Part shown: positions 8,314-17,009 of the stretch, in pieces
Position numbering within the stretch: the first letter of the stretch is position 1
Layout of the letters: each line of letters starts with the position of its first letter
Assembly (NCBI GenBank): GCA_016283195.1
Contig: JAEEML010000164.1
Coordinates: forward strand, 1-32,573
Direction of reading: 5' to 3'
Source: Deltaproteobacteria bacterium
GTDB lineage: Bacteria > JAEEML01
DNA length: 32,573 bases
Translations under genes and position numbers: made by a program
Notes under the pieces: model-generated
What the model saw: only the letters and a program-made list of their open reading frames with translations
The model's database searches: none
Told to the model about the DNA's origin: nothing

Positions 8314-10281
8314 CTATTTTAATTCTGTGAGACCGCCCCAGGTGATTTGGCCGCTTTCATTCAATTTGGATATCCAAATATGCTTTACAGCTTCGTGGCG
8401 ACCGGCGGAAAGCTCCAAGGTAACTTCACCCAGATTTAGGGAGACTCCAAGTTCAAGAGCTTTGGAGAGTGTAGTGCCGCTCACCGGCCCGCTCTCAATT
8501 TTGTTTAGAGCGGCTAAGAAGAGCCTGGTAGCCAGGTAACCTTCAAAGGAGGTGCTATCGGCCTCGCCGCCTTCGCTGTATTTATTTACCGCTGCATTAT
8601 ATTCGCGGGCGATGGGGGAGGCAGTGCGATAATCAGGTACCAACTGGCTGATAGTTATATTGAATTTTTTAACCTTAAATTCTTTTAAAAGTTCGGCCAG
8701 CGCCTCCGTGCCAACAATCGACATGGTAACAAAATGGGGATGAAAGCCGCCATCATCAAGTTGCTGCACGAGATTGGCCAGCGGATCATAGGTGGCAATA
8801 GCTATTATGGTGTCTATTTTGTCGCGTGCAGCCAAAAAAGTGGCCGCAGCGGCGGAAACATCGAGGGAATTAGCAATATAAGAGGCGCGCGGAAGTTGTT
8901 TGGGATCGCTTACGCCCAGGGCTTTTAATGCCTTATTTACGCCGATGAGTCCGCTGGTGCCAAAAGGTCCCTCTTGGTAAAAAACGGCGACCCGCTTGGG
9001 GTCGAGATGCTCATTTTGGGCTAGGTAATTAATGAGCGTTTCGAGTTCATTGCTGTAGCGCGGGCGGTAGGTATAAACCAGCTCCTCCGGCGGCACACGG
9101 TGCAAAAAATCGGCTCCGGAAAGCGGGGCAAAAAAGAGAGATTTGTTGTTTAAAACCATAGCCCTGGTTTGGGCAGTGGCCGCTGTACCGGTAACGCCCA
9201 GTATTACCGGCGGATTATCTTTAAGGAGCTTTTTCACGTTATCTTCGGCTAATTGGGCGTTGTAGCCGTCATCCAAAGCTTTTAGCTTTATTTCATAAGG
9301 CTCATTTTTTTTGTTGTATTCGCCGATAGCCGATAAAATACCTTCGCGGTAGGAAATACCGATTTCCCGGTTTAAGCCGCTTAAAGAGACGCTCATAGCC
9401 ATAGCCAGCGTTTTTTTGGGGCCATTAAACTTTTTCTCTTCATCTTTAGGCATAAGGAAAAAGAAGGCACCGACCAGTACCAGCAAGATAATAACCAGCG
9501 AGCTTATTATGATAGGTGTATTACTACGTGACGGTAGTTCTACCGCGCCGCTGGCAGTACCTAAAGTCCAGGTATCGCGGCGCATACTTAAGGTGGTGCT
9601 GTGTTTGGCAAATTCTTGAAGCAGTTCATCCCAACCTGCCGGCATATTTTCGCCTTTATATAAATCATAAAGATGGTTAAGCCAGTCTTCATCGGCTGTC
9701 GGCGCCAGATTTTTCAGCTCTTCCGGGGATGAGGGAGTGTAATCCGGGCGGCCGGTAGCTATTTTTAGGCCTAACGCCGCCAGCTGGCGGGAAATTTGCT
9801 TGAAGCCTGGGCGGTTATCGGAAGCTTCGCCGAGCACTACCTTGAGCAATTTTTTGTTGTCACTGGTGGAAACAATAAAAAAATAACTTGGTTTAATATC
9901 GCCGAAGATGAGGTCATGCGTAGCCAGAACATTAATCGCCTGAGCCATTTGGTAAAAAATTTGTTCTATTTGCCAACGGGCCAGCGGGGCAGACTCGCTA
10001 AGCCATTCCATGAGGGGCTTGCCTTCAAGAAATTCTAAAACAACTATTAGCTCCAGTCCGTTTTTGGCGACATCAACCACGGCAGCCAAATTGGGGTGTG
10101 ATACTTTCCCGCAGTTTAAAACAGCTTGACAAGCTTTGTCCTGCTCTCTGGCATTGGAAAATTTATGAATAATTATTTCAACTTTACGCCCAAGAGGCTG
10201 CTGCACGCCGAAATAGCGCTTTATATGGTCGTTGGAAAATTTGAGCTCTTTTAATTCGTAACTGCCAAGTAGTAAGTCCAT
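8314..10281 (-). CDS. Membrane receptor: N-terminal pseudokinase, single TM, periplasmic type-1 (LivJ/K-like) ligand-binding domain
   Basis: HPNLAAVVDV, VLEFLEG and FGDIKPS are kinase remnants. TM IIISSLVIILLVLVGAFFFLM. PBP1 motifs LKALDDGYN, GVTGTA, YRPRYSNE, SFEGY. ATG 10281 has a GGAGAG RBS. Confidence 0.8.
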   Translation of the reverse strand: MDLLLGSYELKELKFSNDHIKRYFGVQQPLGRKVEIIIHKFSNAREQDKACQAVLNCGKVSHPNLAAVVDVAKNGLELIVVLEFLEGKPLMEWLSESAPLARWQIEQIFYQMAQAINVLATHDLIFGDIKPSYFFIVSTSDNKKLLKVVLGEASDNRPGFKQISRQLAALGLKIATGRPDYTPSSPEELKNLAPTADEDWLNHLYDLYKGENMPAGWDELLQEFAKHSTTLSMRRDTWTLGTASGAVELPSRSNTPIIISSLVIILLVLVGAFFFLMPKDEEKKFNGPKKTLAMAMSVSLSGLNREIGISYREGILSAIGEYNKKNEPYEIKLKALDDGYNAQLAEDNVKKLLKDNPPVILGVTGTAATAQTRAMVLNNKSLFFAPLSGADFLHRVPPEELVYTYRPRYSNELETLINYLAQNEHLDPKRVAVFYQEGPFGTSGLIGVNKALKALGVSDPKQLPRASYIANSLDVSAAAATFLAARDKIDTIIAIATYDPLANLVQQLDDGGFHPHFVTMSIVGTEALAELLKEFKVKKFNITISQLVPDYRTASPIAREYNAAVNKYSEGGEADSTSFEGYLATRLFLAALNKIESGPVSGTTLSKALELGVSLNLGEVTLELSAGRHEAVKHIWISKLNESGQITWGGLTELK

Positions 10282-10308
10282 GATACTCTCCACAAGTTCC
10301 CGAGGCGC

Positions 10309-10338
10309 ACTATAACAAAAGGCCGATAAATTTGGCAA
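10309..10338 (-). promoter_or_regulatory. Putative sigma70 promoter of the receptor-kinase operon
   Basis: On the minus strand TTGCCA-N18-TATAGT with an extended TG. Three GCGGAA copies (plus strand) lie just upstream at 10373, 10381 and 10396. Confidence 0.5.
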
Positions 10339-10402
10339 TTGCAGAAGAATGAAGGATAAAAAGGTCCAAGATGCGGAAAGGCGGAATAAATGAGCGCGGA
10401 AA

Positions 10403-11098
10403 TCACATAGTTTTTTGGGCAGCTTTGGCGGCTCTGGCGGCTTTCATGGCTTCCAGTTTGGCTTTAGCGGAAACATCCACGCTGTCTTTGCGCAAAGCGG
10501 CGAGCTGTGAATCGAGGTCGCCGTCTTTGAGCTCTTTGTTAAGCTGAGCTTTGGCTTCCAGATTTTTGATATTTTCGCGCACGCTGTCGAGAGCTTTCAT
10601 ATCGTCATCAACGCTAAGCCCTTCGAGTTGCTCTTGCACCTGAATGCGGGCTTTGGCACTGGCCATTTTGGCCAAATTGCGATCTTTCTCGTCTTTGAGT
10701 TCCTGAATTTTGGCCTGAACTTCCTGGAGAGAAGATTTAGCGGAGTCGGCATCATCGGCAGCCTGTTTTAACTGGGCAGTTAAATCGGCAATTTCAGCTT
10801 CCAATTTTTCCTGCTTTTTAATGAGGATAACGGCCAAATCATCACGACCGGAATCAACGGCTGTTTCCAAATCGCCGTTTACCTGGTCGAGGTTCTTTTG
10901 AGCATCTTTCAGGCGGGCATCGATATCATTGCGCCGGCTGATGATGGACGCTGTGGCGGTTTTTAAAGCATTATATTTTTCCACCATGGAGTTAATACTG
11001 TTTTCGTAGGCGATTTCCGGATGTTCGGCTTCTACGTTTTTAATCCATAAGCTGGTGAATCCGCGCCATAAATTTGCTAGTCTTCCAAAAAATCCCAT
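10403..11098 (-). CDS. pspA: PspA/IM30 family protein
   Basis: MGFFGRLANLWRG amphipathic N-terminus, E.P-type motif (EAEHPE), GRDDLA, long coiled coil, GGAGG RBS. Confidence 0.88.
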   Translation of the reverse strand: MGFFGRLANLWRGFTSLWIKNVEAEHPEIAYENSINSMVEKYNALKTATASIISRRNDIDARLKDAQKNLDQVNGDLETAVDSGRDDLAVILIKKQEKLEAEIADLTAQLKQAADDADSAKSSLQEVQAKIQELKDEKDRNLAKMASAKARIQVQEQLEGLSVDDDMKALDSVRENIKNLEAKAQLNKELKDGDLDSQLAALRKDSVDVSAKAKLEAMKAARAAKAAQKTM

Positions 11099-11226
11099 TA
11101 CTGCCTCCTATGCATAACTGCATATTGCAAAAGTCACCCTTAGATACTACTCTTTTTCCATTACTTCAAGAGATAACTAAAAAAATGTTATATTTTCCCT
11201 CCGGGCGCACATCAGGCGAATAAAAA

Positions 11227-11255
11227 ATGACAATGAAGCTCTTCTGTGTTAGACT
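11227..11255 (+). promoter_or_regulatory. Putative sigma70 promoter for the antiporter gene
   Basis: ATGACA-N17-TAGACT with an extended TG. Confidence 0.5.
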
Positions 11256-11314
11256 CCGGCAGCTCTCTTTCCTAGGCCTACAGGGAATGAAGAGTAAATA
11301 CTAAGGGAGTAATA

Positions 11315-12295
11315 ATGCTGATTTTTATTATAGAACTTATTGCCGGTATGGCGCTGCTTTATTTTGGCGGCGATTGGCTCGTGGACTCTTCCAGCCACCT
11401 GGCGCGGCGTCTTGGAGTTAAGCCTTTGGTTATCGGCCTTACCATTGTGGCTTTCGGCACATCCTGCCCGGAACTTTTGGTCTCCACCATTTCGGCTTTA
11501 AACGGGCAGGACAGCGTGGCGCTCGGCAATGTGGTGGGCAGTAATATTACCAATATTGCTTTGGTGCTGGGGCTCGTGGCTCTTTTAAAGCCGATACCGA
11601 TAGAAAAAACGCTTCTCAAAAAGGAGTACCTCATCACCCTGATTGTAGCTTTTATTCTTTTGGCCTGCTGTCTCGATTTTAATGTCTCCCGCTTAGATGG
11701 CGCGCTGCTCACCCTGGGCGTGATTATTTTTACTTTCTGGGCCATTTGGGATGCTAAAAAGAACAAAGCGCCACTACCTAAAGAGGTAGCCGAACTGGCG
11801 GCCGATACCCCCGAAACTGCCGGCGAGGCTTCCTCTGCCGGCAAAGAACTGGCTAAAGATATCATCTTTTTGCTACTTGGCCTTGGCGCTTTGGTGGGCG
11901 GAGCCAAGCTTTTAGTAATTGGCGCGACAGGCGTAGCCAGAGCTCTCGGTGTTTCGGAACTGGTTATCGGCCTCACGATGGTGGCTCTCGGCACCAGTTT
12001 ACCGGAATTATCCACTTCGGTAATCGGCATACTTAAAGGCGAAGACGAGATTGCCGTAGGCAATATTTTGGGCAGTAACATCTTTAATATCCTGGCTGTT
12101 ATGGGCGTCTCTGCGGCTATCAGGCCGGTTGGTGTAGAAAAGATAGCTTTTTATCGTGATATTCCCATTATGATCGGCATAACCGTTCTTTTGGGCCTCT
12201 TAATGCGTCCGGGGTACAAGCTCTCTCGCTGGCGTGGCGCTCTTTTGCTAACTATTTATGCTGCTTACACCGTTTATATATATCTTCCCGGCTAG
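11315..12295 (+). CDS. Calcium/sodium antiporter (CaCA family, YrbG-like)
   Basis: Two alpha repeats GTSCPE...GNVVGSN and GTSLPE...GNILGSN, with about 10 hydrophobic helices. Confidence 0.95.
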   Translation: MLIFIIELIAGMALLYFGGDWLVDSSSHLARRLGVKPLVIGLTIVAFGTSCPELLVSTISALNGQDSVALGNVVGSNITNIALVLGLVALLKPIPIEKTLLKKEYLITLIVAFILLACCLDFNVSRLDGALLTLGVIIFTFWAIWDAKKNKAPLPKEVAELAADTPETAGEASSAGKELAKDIIFLLLGLGALVGGAKLLVIGATGVARALGVSELVIGLTMVALGTSLPELSTSVIGILKGEDEIAVGNILGSNIFNILAVMGVSAAIRPVGVEKIAFYRDIPIMIGITVLLGLLMRPGYKLSRWRGALLLTIYAAYTVYIYLPG

Positions 12296-12416
12296 CTAAT
12301 TGAATAGTCTTACCGCTTTTATTAAAATTCTCTCTTGGCCTCGGCGCTTTCCTATGATAGAAGAGAGCCTTGGATTTTTGGTGCTCTTAGCACAGTAGAG
12401 ATAAACGAGGTTTTAC

Positions 12417-12992
12417 ATGAGCGAACTTACCCCCGACAGTGGTCTTCCCCAAGCAGTTCCGCCGTATGTTGACGGCGCCAGGCGTATGAGTAAGGAACAA
12501 TTTTTGCAATATACCCCGCAGCCTTTCCTGCTTTTTCCCCGCTCAACGCTGTGGGATCCGCTATTGCTCCAAGTGCAAGCCAGCGGTGCCGAAGGGGCTA
12601 CCAAAGTAGTTTCTTATGATGTGCAAACGGGCGGGTATTCCTTTATTTGTCCTATAAGAAAGCGCAAACAAAACGAAGATCCCCGCATTTACCTGGGGCG
12701 TGTTAGCAAGTATAACGACTTAGTTATCCCTGTTTCTTCTGTTTCTTCGCGCCATGCTTGCTTTTTGAATCCCAGTGTTTCCATGAGCGGCAAGTGGGCC
12801 ATTATGGACCTCGGTTCTTCTAACGGTACTTGGGTTAACGATGAAGGTATTGCCCCAAACACGGAAACAGCTCTGGAAAGCGGTGTTTCTCTGCGTCTCG
12901 GCGGCAATCTTATTGCCTGGTTCTTTGATGCACCGGATTTTTACCAAGTGCTTATTGATGACCAAAAATTGCAATATTACGTCAGCTACTAA
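12417..12992 (+). CDS. FHA domain protein
   Basis: Motifs LGR, SVSSRHA, DLGSSNGTWVN. Confidence 0.9.
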   Translation: MSELTPDSGLPQAVPPYVDGARRMSKEQFLQYTPQPFLLFPRSTLWDPLLLQVQASGAEGATKVVSYDVQTGGYSFICPIRKRKQNEDPRIYLGRVSKYNDLVIPVSSVSSRHACFLNPSVSMSGKWAIMDLGSSNGTWVNDEGIAPNTETALESGVSLRLGGNLIAWFFDAPDFYQVLIDDQKLQYYVSY

Positions 12993-12995
12993 TCA

Positions 12996-13934
12996 ATGCC
13001 GCAAAAACCGCCCTTAATCGGTGAAGTTGATAACTATCTGAAGTGGGAGTGGGAAAACGGACTCCGCTATGTTGAATTGCCGGAGTTTGTTCCGCCGGCG
13101 TATCCCGTAAAAATTTCCGAGCCGGCCGAAGCTCATCCTACGCCTAAAATATCGGCTTCCGCATCCGCAGTAGAAAAGAGTGTAGTGCCCCAGGAAACAG
13201 CCGAAAGCCCCATAAAAGCGGCTTTAGGCGGGCTGGCTGATACTCTTCCGCCCAAGGTGGAACGGGCTAAGTTGCCAAAATTAAATCTGCCGCAGCTGGA
13301 CGCTCTTGGCGCGGATACAGTAGGGCCGCTATCTGCCGAAACAGTGGAGGCCAGAGCCAAAGCAATGGCGAAATTGCGCCATGAATGGGCGGCCTGTCGC
13401 CGCTGTGTTTTGGCTGAAAAGAGGCATAACTTTGTCTTTGGCGAAGGCAATTTTGCTCCGCGCCTTCTCTTTATCGGTGAGGGGCCGGGAGAAAACGAGG
13501 ATTTGCAAGGGCGCCCATTTGTCGGCCGCGCCGGCGAGCTTTTAACTAATCTCATAAAAGCCATGGGGCTTAGGCGCGAGGCCGTTTTTATTACCAATAT
13601 TGTCAAATGTCGCCCGCCAAATAATCGCGATCCGGCGCCGGAAGAAGTAGTCGCCTGCAGTGAGCTTTTAAAAAAGCAAATAAGTATTTTAAAACCTGAA
13701 GTAATAGTGGCTCTGGGGAAACCGGCTACCCACATGCTCTTAAATACCACTTTGCCAATCTCAAAACTTAGAGGAACATGGCAAAAATACGAAAATATTC
13801 CTTTAATGCCCACTTTTCATCCGGCTTATCTTTTGCGTAATCCCAAAGACAAGGGGCTTATTTGGGCCGATATGTGTGCGGTGCTGGATAAACTGGCCCT
13901 GCCTGTTCCCGATATTACCCGCAGGAAGCGCTGA
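12996..13934 (+). CDS. Uracil-DNA glycosylase family 4 (Fe-S)
   Basis: CRRC, GEGPG, PFVG, KCRPPNNRDP, HPAY. Low-complexity N-terminal extension. Confidence 0.95.
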   Translation: MPQKPPLIGEVDNYLKWEWENGLRYVELPEFVPPAYPVKISEPAEAHPTPKISASASAVEKSVVPQETAESPIKAALGGLADTLPPKVERAKLPKLNLPQLDALGADTVGPLSAETVEARAKAMAKLRHEWAACRRCVLAEKRHNFVFGEGNFAPRLLFIGEGPGENEDLQGRPFVGRAGELLTNLIKAMGLRREAVFITNIVKCRPPNNRDPAPEEVVACSELLKKQISILKPEVIVALGKPATHMLLNTTLPISKLRGTWQKYENIPLMPTFHPAYLLRNPKDKGLIWADMCAVLDKLALPVPDITRRKR

Positions 13935-15601
13935 TGCGCCGCCTCTTTTTTCGCTCATTTTTGGCCGCTGCCTGCTCTTTTTTATGGGGGCTTATAATAC
14001 CTGCTATACCGCTTAAAGCTGAAGAAAATCAGCAAGATGCGCTACCGTCAGGTTTGGAACTTCTCTATGGCGAGCGGGTTATTTTGCAAAAGAGCGGTGA
14101 GCCGCTTATTACCATTGGGCTTCTAAATGATAAAGAGAGCATCACCTTTAGTGCCGAAAAAGAGCCGCTTTTGCTCGAATGGTATGAAGGTGAAGTTTAC
14201 CGCCGCCTGGAGATGGCGCCGGGAACTACTCTTAAAACCACTATTTTAAAGAGTCGCCCGGCCGATATCAGTTACTTTGTGGACTTGCGCCTTGATGAGT
14301 GCCAGGAGGCGGCTAAAAATATTATAGAAAGCCGCTGGCCCGGCCGTCTCTTATTGGAATCTGGGACCATTTTGGGCAGCCGGGATTTGACTGTGGATAC
14401 CAGAGGGCACACTACTGTTATCCGGGCATCCTCTTTGCCGGAAGGTGAAAAACTGGCTGCCGCTTTGAAAAAGATTACCTCTCTGGAACATCCGCTTATT
14501 CAGCGCCTTACGCGGCTACCCTTTGGCGAAATCTCTCTAAATACATCCCTTGGCGCTCCTTTGGGCCAGGCTACCGGCTATATTCGGCTGACACCGCTAA
14601 ATGGCGGGCAGATAGCTTTTTTCGAGCGGGGGCCGGAAGAAAAGGGTCGGAGCAAGATGAACTATGCCGGCACGATATATATAGTTATAAATTCCGGTGG
14701 CAAGTTGGCGGCGGTGAATGTCCTTGGCCTGGAGACTCTTTTAGAGGGGCTGGTACCGGCAGAAATTTTTCCCTCGGCCCCGCTGGAGGCCTTAAAAGCG
14801 CAGGCTATAGCGGCTCGCAGTAATATTGTGGCCGAACTGGGAACCCGCCATTTCTTGGACCCTTTCCATATTTGCAGCCATGAGCATTGCCAGGTTTACG
14901 GCGGTGTAAATAAGAGAAGAGCTGAGACTGATAGAGCCATAGCGGAAACGCGCGGCATGGTACTTATGCACGCGGGAAAACTGGTAAATGCTCTTTATTC
15001 TTCCACTTGCGGCGGCCATAGTGAAGCCAACTGGGCAGCCTGGCCGCAAAATCCGTTGCCCTATTTAGTGGCCGCTCCCGATTGGCCGCCGGCCTATAAA
15101 AGCCTTGTGGCTGATTTAAGAAAGGAAGCGGCGGTGAAAGAATTTATTCTGCGCGATGAGCCGGCTTTTTGTCGCCCGGAGAAGCATAAGCCCGGCAAAA
15201 ATAATCATTATCGCTGGCAAAAAAGCTTTAGTGCTCGAGAGCTCGATGCTTTGGTTCAAGCTTTTTATCCCGAACTTGGCCATATTACCGATATAAAAGT
15301 GCTTAAAAGAGGCCCGGGCGGGCGCGTGATGGAGCTCGAACTCAGCGCAGCCGGTAAGAAGCGCATAATCGGCCCGGAACTCACCATCCGCCGCCTCTTT
15401 GGTAATTTAAAAAGTGCTTTTTTCTTTTTGGAAAAAGAAGGCCAAAATGGCGCAGAGCGCTGGGTTTTTACCGGAGCCGGTTGGGGACACGGCGTTGGAC
15501 TCTGCCAAATGGGCGCCATTGGCCGCGCTAAAAGCGGGGCCACATTTAAAGAGATTTTAGAGCATTATTATCAAGGTGCTAAAGTTACCAAGCTATATTA
15601 G
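13934..15601 (+). CDS. SpoIID/LytB-domain lytic transglycosylase, secreted
   Basis: Signal peptide; GLVPAE...LEALKAQAIAARS, QVYGG, YSSTCGG, GWGHGVGLCQMGA, ILEHYY. TGATG coupling to the UDG gene. Confidence 0.93.
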   Translation: MRRLFFRSFLAAACSFLWGLIIPAIPLKAEENQQDALPSGLELLYGERVILQKSGEPLITIGLLNDKESITFSAEKEPLLLEWYEGEVYRRLEMAPGTTLKTTILKSRPADISYFVDLRLDECQEAAKNIIESRWPGRLLLESGTILGSRDLTVDTRGHTTVIRASSLPEGEKLAAALKKITSLEHPLIQRLTRLPFGEISLNTSLGAPLGQATGYIRLTPLNGGQIAFFERGPEEKGRSKMNYAGTIYIVINSGGKLAAVNVLGLETLLEGLVPAEIFPSAPLEALKAQAIAARSNIVAELGTRHFLDPFHICSHEHCQVYGGVNKRRAETDRAIAETRGMVLMHAGKLVNALYSSTCGGHSEANWAAWPQNPLPYLVAAPDWPPAYKSLVADLRKEAAVKEFILRDEPAFCRPEKHKPGKNNHYRWQKSFSARELDALVQAFYPELGHITDIKVLKRGPGGRVMELELSAAGKKRIIGPELTIRRLFGNLKSAFFFLEKEGQNGAERWVFTGAGWGHGVGLCQMGAIGRAKSGATFKEILEHYYQGAKVTKLY

Positions 15602-15609
15602 CGGAAAAA

Positions 15610-16992
15610 TTAAAAAATGAGATTTTCCTCTCCCTGATAAATAGCGGCCGGGAGGTAAAGATCGGTGCTGGTATCATCGGGAAAAACGGGCACAGTCCGT
15701 AACTGCTGGCCACGCGGATAATATGTGAGCTCAATTTTTATGCCTCTATGGTCCGAAACATCGACAAAATTTTCGCCGTCCATCACTGCATAACTTAAAA
15801 GAGCCATTTCCGGGCTGTAAAAAGAGTAATCAATAACGAGAGGCACGCCGCTATCGGTAATAACCTGCGGAATACCGGGATCGCCGGTAGAAGCATGGTC
15901 GTTTACGGCTACATTGTTGGCCAGAGCCTGAGCCCGTGAGCCGATAAGGCCGGAGCACTCTTCAAAAGTAGCTTTGCCGCCGGCAAAATCATCGCTGATT
16001 TGCACCTTACTGCCAAACATTTTGGCCAAAGTGGAAAGGGTGAAAAAACTGGTATCAAAATCCGGCAAAAGAGCGGCGATAAGGTTAAATAAAATAGAAA
16101 AATCAATGGTATTTAAATCGCCGCCGTAAATAAAGTGGGCTGTGGGATAAGCAGCTCTTAAATTGGCAATGAGATTGCAGGATTCTTCAGCCTGGCGCAC
16201 TCTCGTCTGCTCACATTCATAAACTTTATCCAGCGCTCCGCCCAGGCCGTTATCCAAATTAACGCCGTTATTGGGATCCCAGTGGGTGGAGAGAATGACA
16301 AAAATCTCGCCGCTCTCTTTTTCCTGAAAAACTCCGTAAGTAACGGCACTTTTCATGGCTGAGCCCCGGCCGCTGAAACGGGTGCTCAAATTGATATAAT
16401 TCTTTTCCAAAAGATTAAAGCGCTCTGGCCTATAAAGCACCTGAGTGAGCATAAAAGGAGTATGGGGATAAAGGGCTTTATAACCGGCTCCCAGCAAAAG
16501 GCCGTAATTCTCCGGCCATTTCCAAACAGGGTCCATCTCCATCACCGCTATAAAACCGGGTTTGTCGGTCATGGAATCAAGTGCCCGGCGCATGGCTTCG
16601 GCGCGCGGTGGCAGAGGCATGGAGCCGCCATATTGTGAATAATCTACAGTGTAAGTATAAGTTGAGCCTTCATAAAGTATAGAGCTCGTAACCTTTTGAT
16701 CGCTCACTAATATATTCCAATTCATATAAGTGAGTTTTTGTCCGGCCTCTTTTGTACAGTTACTGGAGCAGCCGTCATAAGAATCGCTGTTACCGTCGTC
16801 GCATTCTTCATTATGGCAAATTTTACCGTCACCACAGCGATTATCTAGGCAGGGATGCGGTTTATCATTCTGACTATCGCTTGGTTTAGCGGAATTTTCT
16901 TCCGGCTTTTGCTCGGCCGGCTGGTTATGACAATTAGATAAGATAAAAAGGGGAACAAGCACTAAAAATAGTTGCTGGCGGTAAAGTTTCAT
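15610..16992 (-). CDS. Lipoprotein with Myxococcus Cys-rich repeat (DUF4215-like) + EEP (endonuclease/exonuclease/phosphatase) domain, paralogue 2
   Basis: Probable lipobox ILSNC; CGDG...EECDDGN...DGCSSNC; EEP motifs MNWN, VME, THW, GGDLN, IDY, SDH. Confidence 0.82.
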   Translation of the reverse strand: MKLYRQQLFLVLVPLFILSNCHNQPAEQKPEENSAKPSDSQNDKPHPCLDNRCGDGKICHNEECDDGNSDSYDGCSSNCTKEAGQKLTYMNWNILVSDQKVTSSILYEGSTYTYTVDYSQYGGSMPLPPRAEAMRRALDSMTDKPGFIAVMEMDPVWKWPENYGLLLGAGYKALYPHTPFMLTQVLYRPERFNLLEKNYINLSTRFSGRGSAMKSAVTYGVFQEKESGEIFVILSTHWDPNNGVNLDNGLGGALDKVYECEQTRVRQAEESCNLIANLRAAYPTAHFIYGGDLNTIDFSILFNLIAALLPDFDTSFFTLSTLAKMFGSKVQISDDFAGGKATFEECSGLIGSRAQALANNVAVNDHASTGDPGIPQVITDSGVPLVIDYSFYSPEMALLSYAVMDGENFVDVSDHRGIKIELTYYPRGQQLRTVPVFPDDTSTDLYLPAAIYQGEENLIF

Positions 16993-17009
16993 TATGGCCC
17001 CTTATGGCG

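Noticed and set aside
10282-10338. ORF-track upstream starts (10338; also 1052, 6677, 21315, 21424, 31236, 32523)
   Set aside because: Better RBS-linked downstream starts exist, and some extensions overlap predicted promoters.
11099-11314. Sigma54 promoter for pspA, or yybP-ykoY riboswitch before the antiporter
   Set aside because: No well-matching -24/-12 element on the minus strand; the AAGGGAGTA motif is simply the RBS.
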